Positions 45,844 to 56,438 of a stretch of DNA of 64,000 nucleotides are shown here, in pieces. The notes beneath the pieces are model-generated. The model saw only the letters and a program-made list of their open reading frames with translations. It had not been told where the DNA came from and searched no databases. How positions within the stretch are numbered: the stretch's first letter is position 1; every line of letters begins with the position of its first letter. Source of the DNA: Histomonas meleagridis 2922-C6/04-290x (lineage: Eukaryota > Protista > Parabasalia); assembly GCA_020184695.1 (NCBI GenBank), contig JAANOX010000039.1:14912-78911 (forward strand), in the 5' to 3' direction. The position numbers and the translations under genes are program-made.

Positions 45844-47799
45844 TTAAATTCTGGTGAAAGTTTCTTCTTTGAAATCATTTGCAAATGGATCTTCGTCAAT
45901 ATTCGTGATCGATATTCCATTATTAAATGAAGTTATTTCATTAGAATTTTTGTTTTCATAACTAATTACTGATTCTTCTGATAAAACTTTGTTTCGATTT
46001 CGAATATAAATGAATACAAAAATAAATATCGTAATAATAACAACAAGTCCAATGATGATGCCAATGATAATATAAATATTATTATTGTTGTTATTATTGT
46101 TAATATTCTCATCTTGATAATATATTGAAAAGAAATTAGAATAAAAACTATAATAAGAAGAATATATAACAACTGTATATTCATAAAATATAAGTTGTGA
46201 AACAATTATTGTACTCATTGAACCTGTTATCCATAATGTGTTTGTATTCGTTAGAAATGATAATTTAATAGATAACGTTTGCGTATATGAAAATATTAAA
46301 GTTAAAGTATAAGAATGAGAAATAGAATAATAAACAGTTAATGTGTTTTGTATAAATGTATTTGATTTAGTGAAAGTATTTGATTTAGTAAATGTATTTG
46401 ACTGTGAAAATGTGTTTGATTTAGTAAATGTATTTGATTGACTAAATGTATTTGATTTAGTAAATGTATTTGACTGTGAAAATGTGTTTGATTTAGTAAA
46501 TGTATTTGATTGACTAAATGTATTTGATTTAGTAAATGTATTTGACTGTGAAAATGTGTTTGATTTAGTAAATGTATTTGATTGACTAAATGTATTTGAT
46601 TTAGTGAATGTATTTGACTGTGAAAATGTGTTTGATTTAGTAAATGTATTTGATTGACTAAATGTATTTGACTGTGAAAATGTATTTGATTTAGTAAATG
46701 TATTTGATTGACTAAATGTATTCGATTTTGGAAATGTAAGTGATGATGTAAATGGTTTAGATGGTGTTAACTCTAATGTTGGCATTGGTGAGCATCCAGC
46801 AATAATTGATCCTTTCTTAACTTGCAAATCGCAAAATGTATCATCAACATATGTCGATAATGTCATAATTGTTGTAAGTGTAGTTTCATCAAATACTCTA
46901 TCACCAATGCTAGTTGGATTTGTTTTTCCATAATAATAAAAACATTTGAGATTTGTACAGTGTGTGAACACAGTATCGCTAATCGAATCGATTCGACCTC
47001 TAATAAAAATAGTTTCTAATTTTTCACAATATATAAAAGCAGAGATCTCAATGGTATTAACTGAAGATGGAACTATGATTTCCTTTAGTGATTTGCACTG
47101 AGAAAATATACAAGCGCCAAGATTTCGTAGGTTTTCTCCAAGGTAAACATCTACTAAATTTGGACAGCTATTTAAAATATTTACGCCTATTGTTCGAACA
47201 TTTTTACCCATTTTAAATGAAATCAAATTTGGACATGAAATAAACGCATTATTGCCAATGGTTTCAACTGAGTCACCTATGACAACAGTTTCTAATAAAG
47301 GCCATTCCATAAATGAAGTAGATGGAATAGAAGTAACTGAATAAACAAGAAGATGAATCGTTGAATCACAATAATCTTGTGTGAAATCAGTCGTTTTTTG
47401 GATCGTGAGAGTATTATTATAGGAAGAAAACACTTGACATGTGTGAGAAAAAAGTAACAAAATAAATGGGAATTTTTTTATTTTAATAATTTCTTTAATT
47501 GCTGCAAAACATGTGAACCGCTTTAATAAAATAAATTTCTTGAACAAAAAAAAGATTTCAAAAACGAAGCATGTGATACTGATTGCAAATTGAATCAATA
47601 AAACAATCTCGATAATATAATTGGAATCTTTTTTCATATATAAATATTTGTTTTCGAATAAAGTAAGAAATGATTGAGTTTGATTTTCAATTTGAACATT
47701 GGAATGAGTTACATTCATAGGCAAAGATACAGAAAAATTGATCTTTCTGAGATAAATACATGAAGGTATTATTAAAAATATGGAAAATGATTGCAACAT
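45844..47799 (-). CDS. BspA-like (LRR_5) type I surface protein with Ser/Thr stalk, TM helix and DPF tail
   Basis: TpLRR repeats (LETVVIGDSVETIGNNAF, LKEIIVPSSVNTIEISAF), a hexapeptide stalk, TM IYIIIGIIIGLVVIITIFIFVFIYI and tail DEDPFANDFKEE. True start uncertain. Confidence 0.85.
   Translation of the reverse strand: MLQSFSIFLIIPSCIYLRKINFSVSLPMNVTHSNVQIENQTQSFLTLFENKYLYMKKDSNYIIEIVLLIQFAISITCFVFEIFFLFKKFILLKRFTCFAAIKEIIKIKKFPFILLLFSHTCQVFSSYNNTLTIQKTTDFTQDYCDSTIHLLVYSVTSIPSTSFMEWPLLETVVIGDSVETIGNNAFISCPNLISFKMGKNVRTIGVNILNSCPNLVDVYLGENLRNLGACIFSQCKSLKEIIVPSSVNTIEISAFIYCEKLETIFIRGRIDSISDTVFTHCTNLKCFYYYGKTNPTSIGDRVFDETTLTTIMTLSTYVDDTFCDLQVKKGSIIAGCSPMPTLELTPSKPFTSSLTFPKSNTFSQSNTFTKSNTFSQSNTFSQSNTFTKSNTFSQSNTFTKSNTFSQSNTFTKSNTFSQSNTFTKSNTFSQSNTFTKSNTFSQSNTFTKSNTFSQSNTFTKSNTFSQSNTFTKSNTFTKSNTFIQNTLTVYYSISHSYTLTLIFSYTQTLSIKLSFLTNTNTLWITGSMSTIIVSQLIFYEYTVVIYSSYYSFYSNFFSIYYQDENINNNNNNNNIYIIIGIIIGLVVIITIFIFVFIYIRNRNKVLSEESVISYENKNSNEITSFNNGISITNIDEDPFANDFKEETFTRI
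46357..46734 (-). repeat. 21 x 18-nt coding repeat (FTKSNT/FSQSNT) with 72-nt higher-order period
   Basis: Direct reading. FSQ units alternate between ttt agt caa and ttt tca cag. Confidence 0.95.
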
Positions 47800-48292
47800 G
47801 TTGCCAAAAAGGAAGTTCTGTTATGAAACTCAGTAAACTATTTAAAAACATTTTTCAGTTGTTTTTTGAATGCGGTTAATGTTGCCCATAATTGAGAGAC
47901 CAACCGTTTCCCCTCAAATAAAGCAAAAAGAGTCAAAATGCAGGTTTCATAATTGGAATCAAGGTTCATAAGTAATTGTAGTAAATAGATACTCTACTAA
48001 ATTGAGAATAAGGAATTTTTCAGCATCTTAGGAAACAAATTTGATTTCAAGTTTGAACATTATGTGGCATTTTCACAGCAGTAAAGATATTGTTTTAGGA
48101 ACTCTGATCGATTTGTGATAAATGTATGAGGATATTATCAAAATAATCGAAAATGATTGTGAACACAACAAGAATAAAACAGATATTTTTATTTATAGAC
48201 AATTTATATAAAACCTTTAATGGGAAGAAATTAAACATGCTCACTTTTTAATTTTTTAACATTTTCTAATCAAACAAAACGCATTATAATGC

Positions 48293-50903
48293 TTAACAAT
48301 GTATACATTCTTGATGAGCTTGGAATCATTCAAATAAACGCCAAATATTATTTTGAAACTTGACCAAAAAATTAGAAAAAACATCAAATTTAATAAACAA
48401 ACATCTCTCATATTAATAGTAATTCCTTCTTGATCAAGAAGTAATCGCACAATTTCAACTCGTCCATTATTAGATGAAACCATTAGTGCTGACCAAAATA
48501 AAATGAATAAATTCCAAATATAATTTTGAAATTGTAAAAATTTAAGTTAAACATTATTATAACTATAAAAACATCTTTTGCATTTATATCAATTCCTTCT
48601 TGTTCAAGAAGTAATTTAACAACTTCAGGTTGATCATTTTCAGATGCACATAAAAGAGCTGTCCGAAATCATTTAAATAATTTCCAAAAATTTTCATAAA
48701 ATTTTAAATTGTTGAATTAAATTTTAATAAATTAAAATGTACATCAACAGTATTTATATTAATTCCTTTTTGTTCTAATAATAATTTTACTATTTCTATA
48801 TGTCCTTTATAAGATGCATATAAAAGTGCTGACCAATAAAATATGAACATATTCCAAATAAAATTTATAAACCCAATATTTAAAAATTTAATATTGAAAA
48901 TATATATGAAATATCTGTTTCATTTAGTTCAATTAATTTTTGGTTAACAAGTAATTTAACTATTTCATAATTACCGGATTCAGTTGCACACATTAAAGCT
49001 GTTTTATATCACGAAAACAAATTCCAATTCTTACAAGAAAACATCAAGATTTTGAATTAAATATTATTTTTCGCATTTATATCAATTCCTTTTTGCTCAA
49101 GAAGTAATTGAGCAATTGCAACATGTCCATTTTCAGATACACACATAAGAGCATTCCAATATTAATTAAATAAATTCCAAATATTATTTTAATACCCAAA
49201 ATCTTTAAACTAAACATTAAAAAACATAAAAATTGATATTTTTTATATTAATATCTATTATTTTTTGTTCAAGAAGATATTTTGTAATCCTTGTATATCC
49301 TTCCCAACATGACATTATAAGAGCTGTTTCAAATCATTTGATTAAATTCCAAATATAATACTAAAACATAAAATCATAAAAATTAACTTTTAATAACTTA
49401 AAAATATATCTCTTGCATTAACATTTATACCTTTTTGTTCTAAAAGTAATCTTGCAATTTCAGTATAACCATTTTCAGATGCACACATAAGTGCAGTTCT
49501 AAATAATATGAATAAATACCAAATATAATTATCATATATTAAAACATTTTAATTAACATTAAATAAAATAAAAATATATCTTTAGAATTAGGATTTATTC
49601 CTCTATATTCAAGAAGTAATTTAACAATTTTCGTATAACCATTTTCAGATGCGACCATTAAAGCAGTCCAAAATGATTTAAACAAATTCCAAATATTATA
49701 TTATAATAATAAACAAAAAAATTAAATATCATTTTTAGCATTTATATCAAAACCTTTTTGTTTTAATATATATTTTACTATTTCGATATTTCCTAATTCA
49801 ATAGAATAAGCTAAAACATTTTTTGGAATTTGATATTTCTCAAGAAAATGTTTCAGTAAAAATATATTTCCGACTTTTGCTGATTCATTAATAATTGAAT
49901 CATCAATTTTCATATTTTCGTTTTCTAAAAATGATAAAATTTCATAGTTATTATGAGTAATACATTTTCTTCCTAATTTATTTATATCATTGATTTCAAT
50001 AAATTTGTTTTCATAAAGATAATGAAAAATATCATTTCGTTGGAATTCGATTGCTATTTCATAAACATCTTCAAAATTTATATGATTTTGTTCACATAAA
50101 TGAAAAATCTCTAAGTTTCCACCTGCAATTGCATATTTGCCTGTATTTGTTACATTAGCACCATTCCTAAGTAAAAAATTAAAACATTGAACTGATCCAA
50201 AAAATGCTGCATAATCAATTAATGTGACATTTTTTTCATTAATAAAAGAACATTTTTCATATAGCGATGGTTTAATTGTTTGATTAAAATCAAAGTTTTC
50301 TTGTGATGATATTTCTTGAAGTTTTTCGATTTCATCGTTTCGTATTATTTTCGCAAGTGCATTCGGATTAATTCCTTCTGATACATACTTCTTATGAAGT
50401 TCCCAATCATTTTTAGATACTTCTTTTGTTGTTTCATAAAATTGTTGGCAAAATGGATCTTTAATAATTGAATTTGAAATTTCTTCTTTAGTTGGATAAT
50501 GTGTTACATATGAAAATTTCTTAGGATCAATTAAACATTGCTCTATCATTACTTCTAATAGATAATATGATTCTTTAGTGTTTAAACCATTTAAAAATTT
50601 GGCAAATATTTCAATGATTTTGTTTATGTTTTTGTTGATTTCTTCTTCTTTTATTTCAATTGCTTTCATAAAATGAAGATAAATACCAAAATTCTTCATC
50701 TGTGAAATAAATGATGAATAAATTAATTGACTCGTAACTAAGTTAAATGAAAATGGTAATTGTGTATCAAATAAATTCATTAATAAATTAATAGAATTTT
50801 TGAAATTTTCGTCGCTTAGATTCCAAATAATATCATGAATGGTTCGAAGATATTGAATATATCTGTTTTCTAATGGTTTTTGAGTTAGTTCATCTTTTTG
50901 CAT
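48293..50903 (-). CDS. DUF3447/ankyrin-repeat gene, locus 4: intact N-terminus, eight ankyrin blocks and nine spacers
   Basis: The 393-aa ORF ends at TAA 49722-24. Stop-free ankyrin blocks start (minus strand) at 49667, 49497, 49327, 49155, 49002, 48832, 48662 and 48492. Putative final stop at 48293-95. Confidence 0.75.
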
Positions 50904-51022
50904 TTAGAAGTTTTTTTATATTTCGGTCAAATTGTTTACTCTCAAATATTAAAATTATTCTGAAAAAATATTATTGCCAAAAAGTTCACATATCCGAACA
51001 AACTTAGTGAATTGTCTTTCCA

Positions 51023-51694
51023 ATGTTTCTATTCAACCAAATCATACAGAAAGACCATTACCCTAAACAAAAAACAAAAAACTTCGAATCAGATTCAAAT
51101 GTCAGTTGTTCTGAATGGGTGTTGGATTTTGTCGAAAATAACAAATGGCTTTGTCCAATCGATGAAACATATATAAATGATGATTTTAATCTTTTTGGCC
51201 TTAACAGTATTGTTGATGATTATCGGAATGCGTTAAAGTTGATTCGCGGAAATTTTTTTGATTACTCGTTATCTTCAAGTGAACAAGCGAAACTAGAAAA
51301 AAAAGCAGAAATATTATATGGTCTTATCCATTCTCGATATCTCATGACTTTTCAAGGAGTCAGATTTATGCAGCAACGTTTTGAATCTGGATTATATGGA
51401 TGTTGTCCAAGGGTTGGATGCAATCGACAACATCTTTTACCTATTGGTCTTTCCCCAAACCCAGGCGAATTCACAGTTAAGACATTTTGTCCTTTATGCA
51501 ATGATGTATATGATACTGAATGTCAGCTTGATGGTTCTTTTTTCGGTCCATACTTTCCACACTTCTTCATTCAAGCTCTTAAAGATGATCTTCATATCGG
51601 GAAACCAAATCCAACAGAACTTTCTTTCTTGGGTATACCAATTGATGAGACAAGCGAAATGAATCGATGTAAATATGTTCATAACTTTCATTAA
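51023..51694 (+). CDS. CKB: Casein kinase II regulatory beta subunit
   Basis: YINDDFNLFGL, LYGLIHSRYL, YGCCPRVGC, FCPLCNDVY, DGSFFG. Confidence 0.95.
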   Translation: MFLFNQIIQKDHYPKQKTKNFESDSNVSCSEWVLDFVENNKWLCPIDETYINDDFNLFGLNSIVDDYRNALKLIRGNFFDYSLSSSEQAKLEKKAEILYGLIHSRYLMTFQGVRFMQQRFESGLYGCCPRVGCNRQHLLPIGLSPNPGEFTVKTFCPLCNDVYDTECQLDGSFFGPYFPHFFIQALKDDLHIGKPNPTELSFLGIPIDETSEMNRCKYVHNFH

Positions 51695-51971
51695 ATAAAA
51701 TGTTTTATTGATTTTTTGGTTTAATTAATTTTAAAAATGTTTGTTACTTGTTTGAAATCATTGAATATTAAAGCGCATTCTAAAAGAGAAAAAGAAATTC
51801 ATCAAATGTTTTACATAAAGTATTTGCATTTATCTAACCTTTCTCGAAGTTATTTTTAATTTAATTTTTAAGAATTATACGTATATATACTTTGTTCTTA
51901 CTTTTTATTCCCATTATCATAAGTTAAATTGCAAAAATTATTTTCATTGTTTATATAACTTTTATTTAAAA

Positions 51972-52586
51972 TTAGCAACATTTTTTATGTGTTGGAGGAT
52001 TTCCCTCATCTGTTTTAGGTTTTAAATCAAGTTTTTCTTCGCATATTACTGAGCCTTCAAATATTTTATTACTGCATATGGTATCGAAGATTAACTTGAA
52101 AAGATATTCGACATTATCTCCTGTTTTTGCAGAAGTAAATAAAATACCTGAGCCCAAAGAATTTGCATATTCCATTGCTTCAGTTTTAAAACTACAATTG
52201 GCTTTATCAGACTTGTTTCCTACAATAAATATAATTGGATTTGTACTATTTGTATTGTTTTGAATATCATTGATCCATTGGTCAACACTTTCAAAAGAAG
52301 CTTTTTCGGATACATCAAAAACACAAACACATGCTTGAGCATCATGATAGTAAAATGGTGAAATAGATCTATATTGTTCTTGCCCTGCAGTATCAAAAAC
52401 ATCAATGGCAACATTGCTTCCATTGTAGCTTTGAGTGAATCTAAAGAATGCAGCTCCCATGGTTTGTTGATAATTTCCATCGAAGAAATTATCCTTATAC
52501 CTTTTAATAAGAGATGTTTTGCCGACTGCTTGATCACCAAGGAAGATTACTTTAGCCCTGTATTCAGGTCCATAGTCTGATTCCAT
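51972..52586 (-). CDS. Rab GTPase (Rab5/21/22-like effector loop)
   Basis: GDQAVGKTS, TMGAAFF, DTAGQEQYRS, GNKSD, TSAKTG and C-terminal CC. Confidence 0.9.
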   Translation of the reverse strand: MESDYGPEYRAKVIFLGDQAVGKTSLIKRYKDNFFDGNYQQTMGAAFFRFTQSYNGSNVAIDVFDTAGQEQYRSISPFYYHDAQACVCVFDVSEKASFESVDQWINDIQNNTNSTNPIIFIVGNKSDKANCSFKTEAMEYANSLGSGILFTSAKTGDNVEYLFKLIFDTICSNKIFEGSVICEEKLDLKPKTDEGNPPTHKKCC

Positions 52587-52949
52587 TTTTTGTTGCACTT
52601 CATTCGCCCACTTTTTAACGTTTTATAAACGTTGGTAATTTTCAATAGAAATATTAAGAACTGTGTTTGATTTTTGAATTATGTTCCAACGTTTGTATGC
52701 TAAAGTAGCACTTTTTTCTTGAAGAATTTTTATTTTTGTGTTACACAATTTCCAGTCGCTATATTTTCTTGTACATGTGCAAAAATTTCATATAAATTCT
52801 TTTGCAAAAGTGAAAAGCTCAAAAAAAAATCAAGATGATTAATCATCTTTATTAAACTAAAAAAAAATTATTAAGCAGTTTTTATATTTTTTCTATTATG
52901 CTTTGATCTTAGTTAGCAAAATCAATGTATATAATAAATTTTTACATGA

Positions 52950-53603
52950 TTACCAAATATTATTTAATTCTTCATAAACTTTTACAACTCTTTGAATAAC
53001 AGATCCTGTACTCAAATTGTCGTTTGAAATACAAAATGATCCTTGCATGATTTCATCATAAGATTGATTTTGTGGGTTTAGATGAACGTAAATCACAATT
53101 GGTCCTGATTTGCAAAATTCAGTTGGTGGTGTAATTTTGTCATCTTCACTTGTGTATAATGTGTACCTTGGAATGCCTGGTGGAATTGATTGGCCTATGT
53201 TATTTTTGACAAATTTCATTAAAATTGAATTACCATCGACTGATTTAAGAATTCCTTCTGTTACAAATGTATGCACCATTTTTCGGAAATCATGAAATAA
53301 TAAAGGAATTGACATCCTAGGATCGATTTGAATTAATTTTAGATCAACTGTTCTGATAAATATTCGTTGATAACCTGCTAAATTGAGTGCAGTTCCCTGT
53401 AAATAAGTTAATGTATGAAACAACTCTTCGATATTTACTTGTGATGGCTCTAATTTTAAAAATTTAATTTCAATATCATCTGATTTACAAAGCATACGAG
53501 GCATAGAGGTATGAAGAACTAAATTAGCGCCATCAATGATTACATAAAGAGCAGGCTGAATAGATTTTAATTTTTTGCTTGATATGATTGCGCTTTCGGC
53601 CAT
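52950..53603 (-). CDS. EMG1/Nep1-like SPOUT-fold protein, degenerate
   Basis: LYVIIDGANL, ALNLAG, IFIRT...IQIDPRMSIP, LMKFVKN and LSTGSVIQRV..YEEL..IW are collinear with Nep1. Confidence 0.7.
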   Translation of the reverse strand: MAESAIISSKKLKSIQPALYVIIDGANLVLHTSMPRMLCKSDDIEIKFLKLEPSQVNIEELFHTLTYLQGTALNLAGYQRIFIRTVDLKLIQIDPRMSIPLLFHDFRKMVHTFVTEGILKSVDGNSILMKFVKNNIGQSIPPGIPRYTLYTSEDDKITPPTEFCKSGPIVIYVHLNPQNQSYDEIMQGSFCISNDNLSTGSVIQRVVKVYEELNNIW

Positions 53604-53719
53604 TTCTAGATTGACTGGGTTTGTTAGATTTTATTTCATCATTTCCAAATCTTAAAACATTTTTAAAGATCAAAATAGAAAAGAAAACATTTTTATTTAT
53701 ATTTAGAACAAAAAATATA

Positions 53720-56395
53720 TTATAATTCGTTGTCAATAAAATCGAAAGTAATTTTCCAATTTTCTTTAATTGGTAGATTCACTCTATGAATAACCAATAC
53801 CTCATCAATATACTCTATTTCAAACTTATTTCCATTTTCATCTTTCACTGAGATAGGTTTTCTTTCAAATCCTACAACTTTAATTCTTTCGATTTTTGCT
53901 CTATACTTATTGACGAACTCACCTTTTTCGATTTCTGTTTCGTTGTGCTTTGTATTTTTAAGGACACCATTTTCATATGTAAATATTCTATGAATGAAAT
54001 CATTTTTCAAAAATTGAAATGTCATTCCATCATCCAAATACAACTCTCCCTTTGCATTTCCTTGATCATCCAATGCCACTATTAATGTAAATGGATCATT
54101 TAACATCAAATAAGTTGTTCTTCTCATCCATGTTTTAACGGGCAAAATCGAGCCACCCCTAATTAGCACAGGGGTTACCGATAGGGGCGTTTCAAAGGAT
54201 TCGGCGGTTTTCTTGTTTGTTTTTTCTCTTAACGTTCTAAAATCGAACCATCTTTGCAAAGGAAGCCAAACCTTTTTTTGAGTTTGTTTTTCCTCCAGCA
54301 CAGGTAATACTAAAATTGACCTCCCTACCATTACGCAATCTTCCACATCAGCAAATTTTGTTTCGTTTGGGAATTCCCACCAAATCGGTCTCACCAAAGG
54401 TTCACCCGAAACATTTGCAATTCTTGCCAATGTATACCAATAAGGGGACAACATATATCTTTCTCTTATTGCCAACTTTACTGCCTCCGAATATCCTCCT
54501 TTTAATAAGTAAGGCTCTCTTCTTTCGCTTTTATGATGCGAATGACATCTAAAGAATGGATAACACCAAGCGGCGAGTTGGAACCAACGAACGAGAAGCT
54601 CCAAACTTGGCGAGTCAAAGAATCCACCAACGTCAGCGCCCACGAAAGGCATTCCGCTTACACCCAATGAAAGAATCATTGGCAAAGAAACTCTTAAGTG
54701 TTCCCACGTCGCAGAATTATCTCCTGTCCATGTAAATGCATATTTTTGTGATCCCGCGAAAAAAGAACGTGTTAATATGAATGGTCGATCATCCATATCA
54801 TCGTCACGTTTCATTAAACCATTATATGTCGAAGCGATCATTTTTTGTCCATATATATTATGAACTTCTCTATTTTCTATGTTTCCATAATGGATTAAAT
54901 CACGTGGGAATGTATGATCTGGTACGCCAAAGACTGATGGCTCATTCATATCATTCCAGATATATAATGTTAATGTACTTCCTTTATAATTCTTAAAATC
55001 ATATAACGTTTCCCACCATTCACATGCCCAAGGATTTAAAAAGTCAATCCATACTGATTCTCCTGGCCAACAATTCGAAACGTATTCATTACTTAATCGA
55101 GTTGTCACTAAATATTTATGTTTATATGCTTGATCAAATATTGGGTAATTATAATCAACTTTTAAATGCGGATCAATAATTGCAACAAGTTTTCTTTCAA
55201 GTGGATCAATTTCATCTTGTAATGCTTCAACATCATAAAAATTTTGAGGATGAAACGTAAAATACATTTTATCATCCGTATGATCAATGTCAAGAAAGAT
55301 TGATTCGTGTGGAATTAACGCTTCATCTAATGATTGAATAACTTGACGAACTTCAGTACTACTTTCATAGCCCCATCGACTCATATGAAATCCAAATGAA
55401 AATGTTTGTGGAAGTTGTGGAAATCCTGTTATATGTAAATATTCATTTATAACTTCTTTCGGTGAAGGCCCTTCAAAGATATAAAAGTCAATAAAACTTC
55501 CTTCTGATAAAAATCGCGTGTTTAAGCCACCACGTTCTTCATTAATATCAACCCACGTTTCTGTCGGATTTGACCAAAATATTCCTGATGAACGTCGTGT
55601 TGTACGACTTAAAAGAAATGGAATACTGCCATACATTGACATCGGATTACCGATTTCATAACGATGAATGTCAACATTAAAAAGTCGAATCGGATCTGTG
55701 ATTGGTTGATATTCAATTCCTTCGTTTTTACGATGCCGAATTGTAGTAAATGGTAACGTTAAGTTTAACGTGTGCTCTGGTAATCCATGAAGACGAACAT
55801 TGTCACCATGCCATAAAAAGTCAAGCGCAACAGAAGTGGGCCCATTAGGAATTTTGTCTATAATGCCATTAAAATCATTGCTATCAAATAAATGTGGATA
55901 TTTGGTTCGATCACGGTTAAATTCAAAAATTGCTGTGTCATCTGAATTGATAGTAACAATCTTACCAAGCCTATCAGAGATAGTCGCAAAAAATGGATTG
56001 ATAGAGATAGTAACTGTTGTATCAAAACACCTGAGGAAAATATGTGTTTGATTTTGGCCATGATTAATTTGACATGTAAGTAATAATTCAGTAGAATTTA
56101 TGATAGTGTTATCTTTAGCAGTGTCATAACGTTTGAATGATTCTGATTCAGTTGGTTCTATCCTAAAACGTATTCCTGATTGCAAAAAATATATAAAAAG
56201 AACAAGTTGTTTGTCATGTTTTTCATCTAAAATTAGAGCTTGGAAATAATCAGAATGGAATTCGAAGGAATTTCTTAATAATTTCCAATATTGTTTTGTA
56301 ACTTCACGATTCCGATAACAGTATCCAACCTGTTCACACTGTTTATATTCTGTTTCTTCAACACAAATAATGGCTTGAAGAAACAATATAAACAT
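53720..56395 (-). CDS. GH31 alpha-glucosidase, glucosidase II alpha subunit
   Basis: Nucleophile motif WNDMNEPSVF, acid/base WTGDN, GADVGGF, PFFRCHSH; signal-like N-terminus. Confidence 0.92.
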   Translation of the reverse strand: MFILFLQAIICVEETEYKQCEQVGYCYRNREVTKQYWKLLRNSFEFHSDYFQALILDEKHDKQLVLFIYFLQSGIRFRIEPTESESFKRYDTAKDNTIINSTELLLTCQINHGQNQTHIFLRCFDTTVTISINPFFATISDRLGKIVTINSDDTAIFEFNRDRTKYPHLFDSNDFNGIIDKIPNGPTSVALDFLWHGDNVRLHGLPEHTLNLTLPFTTIRHRKNEGIEYQPITDPIRLFNVDIHRYEIGNPMSMYGSIPFLLSRTTRRSSGIFWSNPTETWVDINEERGGLNTRFLSEGSFIDFYIFEGPSPKEVINEYLHITGFPQLPQTFSFGFHMSRWGYESSTEVRQVIQSLDEALIPHESIFLDIDHTDDKMYFTFHPQNFYDVEALQDEIDPLERKLVAIIDPHLKVDYNYPIFDQAYKHKYLVTTRLSNEYVSNCWPGESVWIDFLNPWACEWWETLYDFKNYKGSTLTLYIWNDMNEPSVFGVPDHTFPRDLIHYGNIENREVHNIYGQKMIASTYNGLMKRDDDMDDRPFILTRSFFAGSQKYAFTWTGDNSATWEHLRVSLPMILSLGVSGMPFVGADVGGFFDSPSLELLVRWFQLAAWCYPFFRCHSHHKSERREPYLLKGGYSEAVKLAIRERYMLSPYWYTLARIANVSGEPLVRPIWWEFPNETKFADVEDCVMVGRSILVLPVLEEKQTQKKVWLPLQRWFDFRTLREKTNKKTAESFETPLSVTPVLIRGGSILPVKTWMRRTTYLMLNDPFTLIVALDDQGNAKGELYLDDGMTFQFLKNDFIHRIFTYENGVLKNTKHNETEIEKGEFVNKYRAKIERIKVVGFERKPISVKDENGNKFEIEYIDEVLVIHRVNLPIKENWKITFDFIDNEL

Positions 56396-56438
56396 TTTTT
56401 ATTCTTAACGGTTATTTTTGCGTTAAAATGGTTATAAA

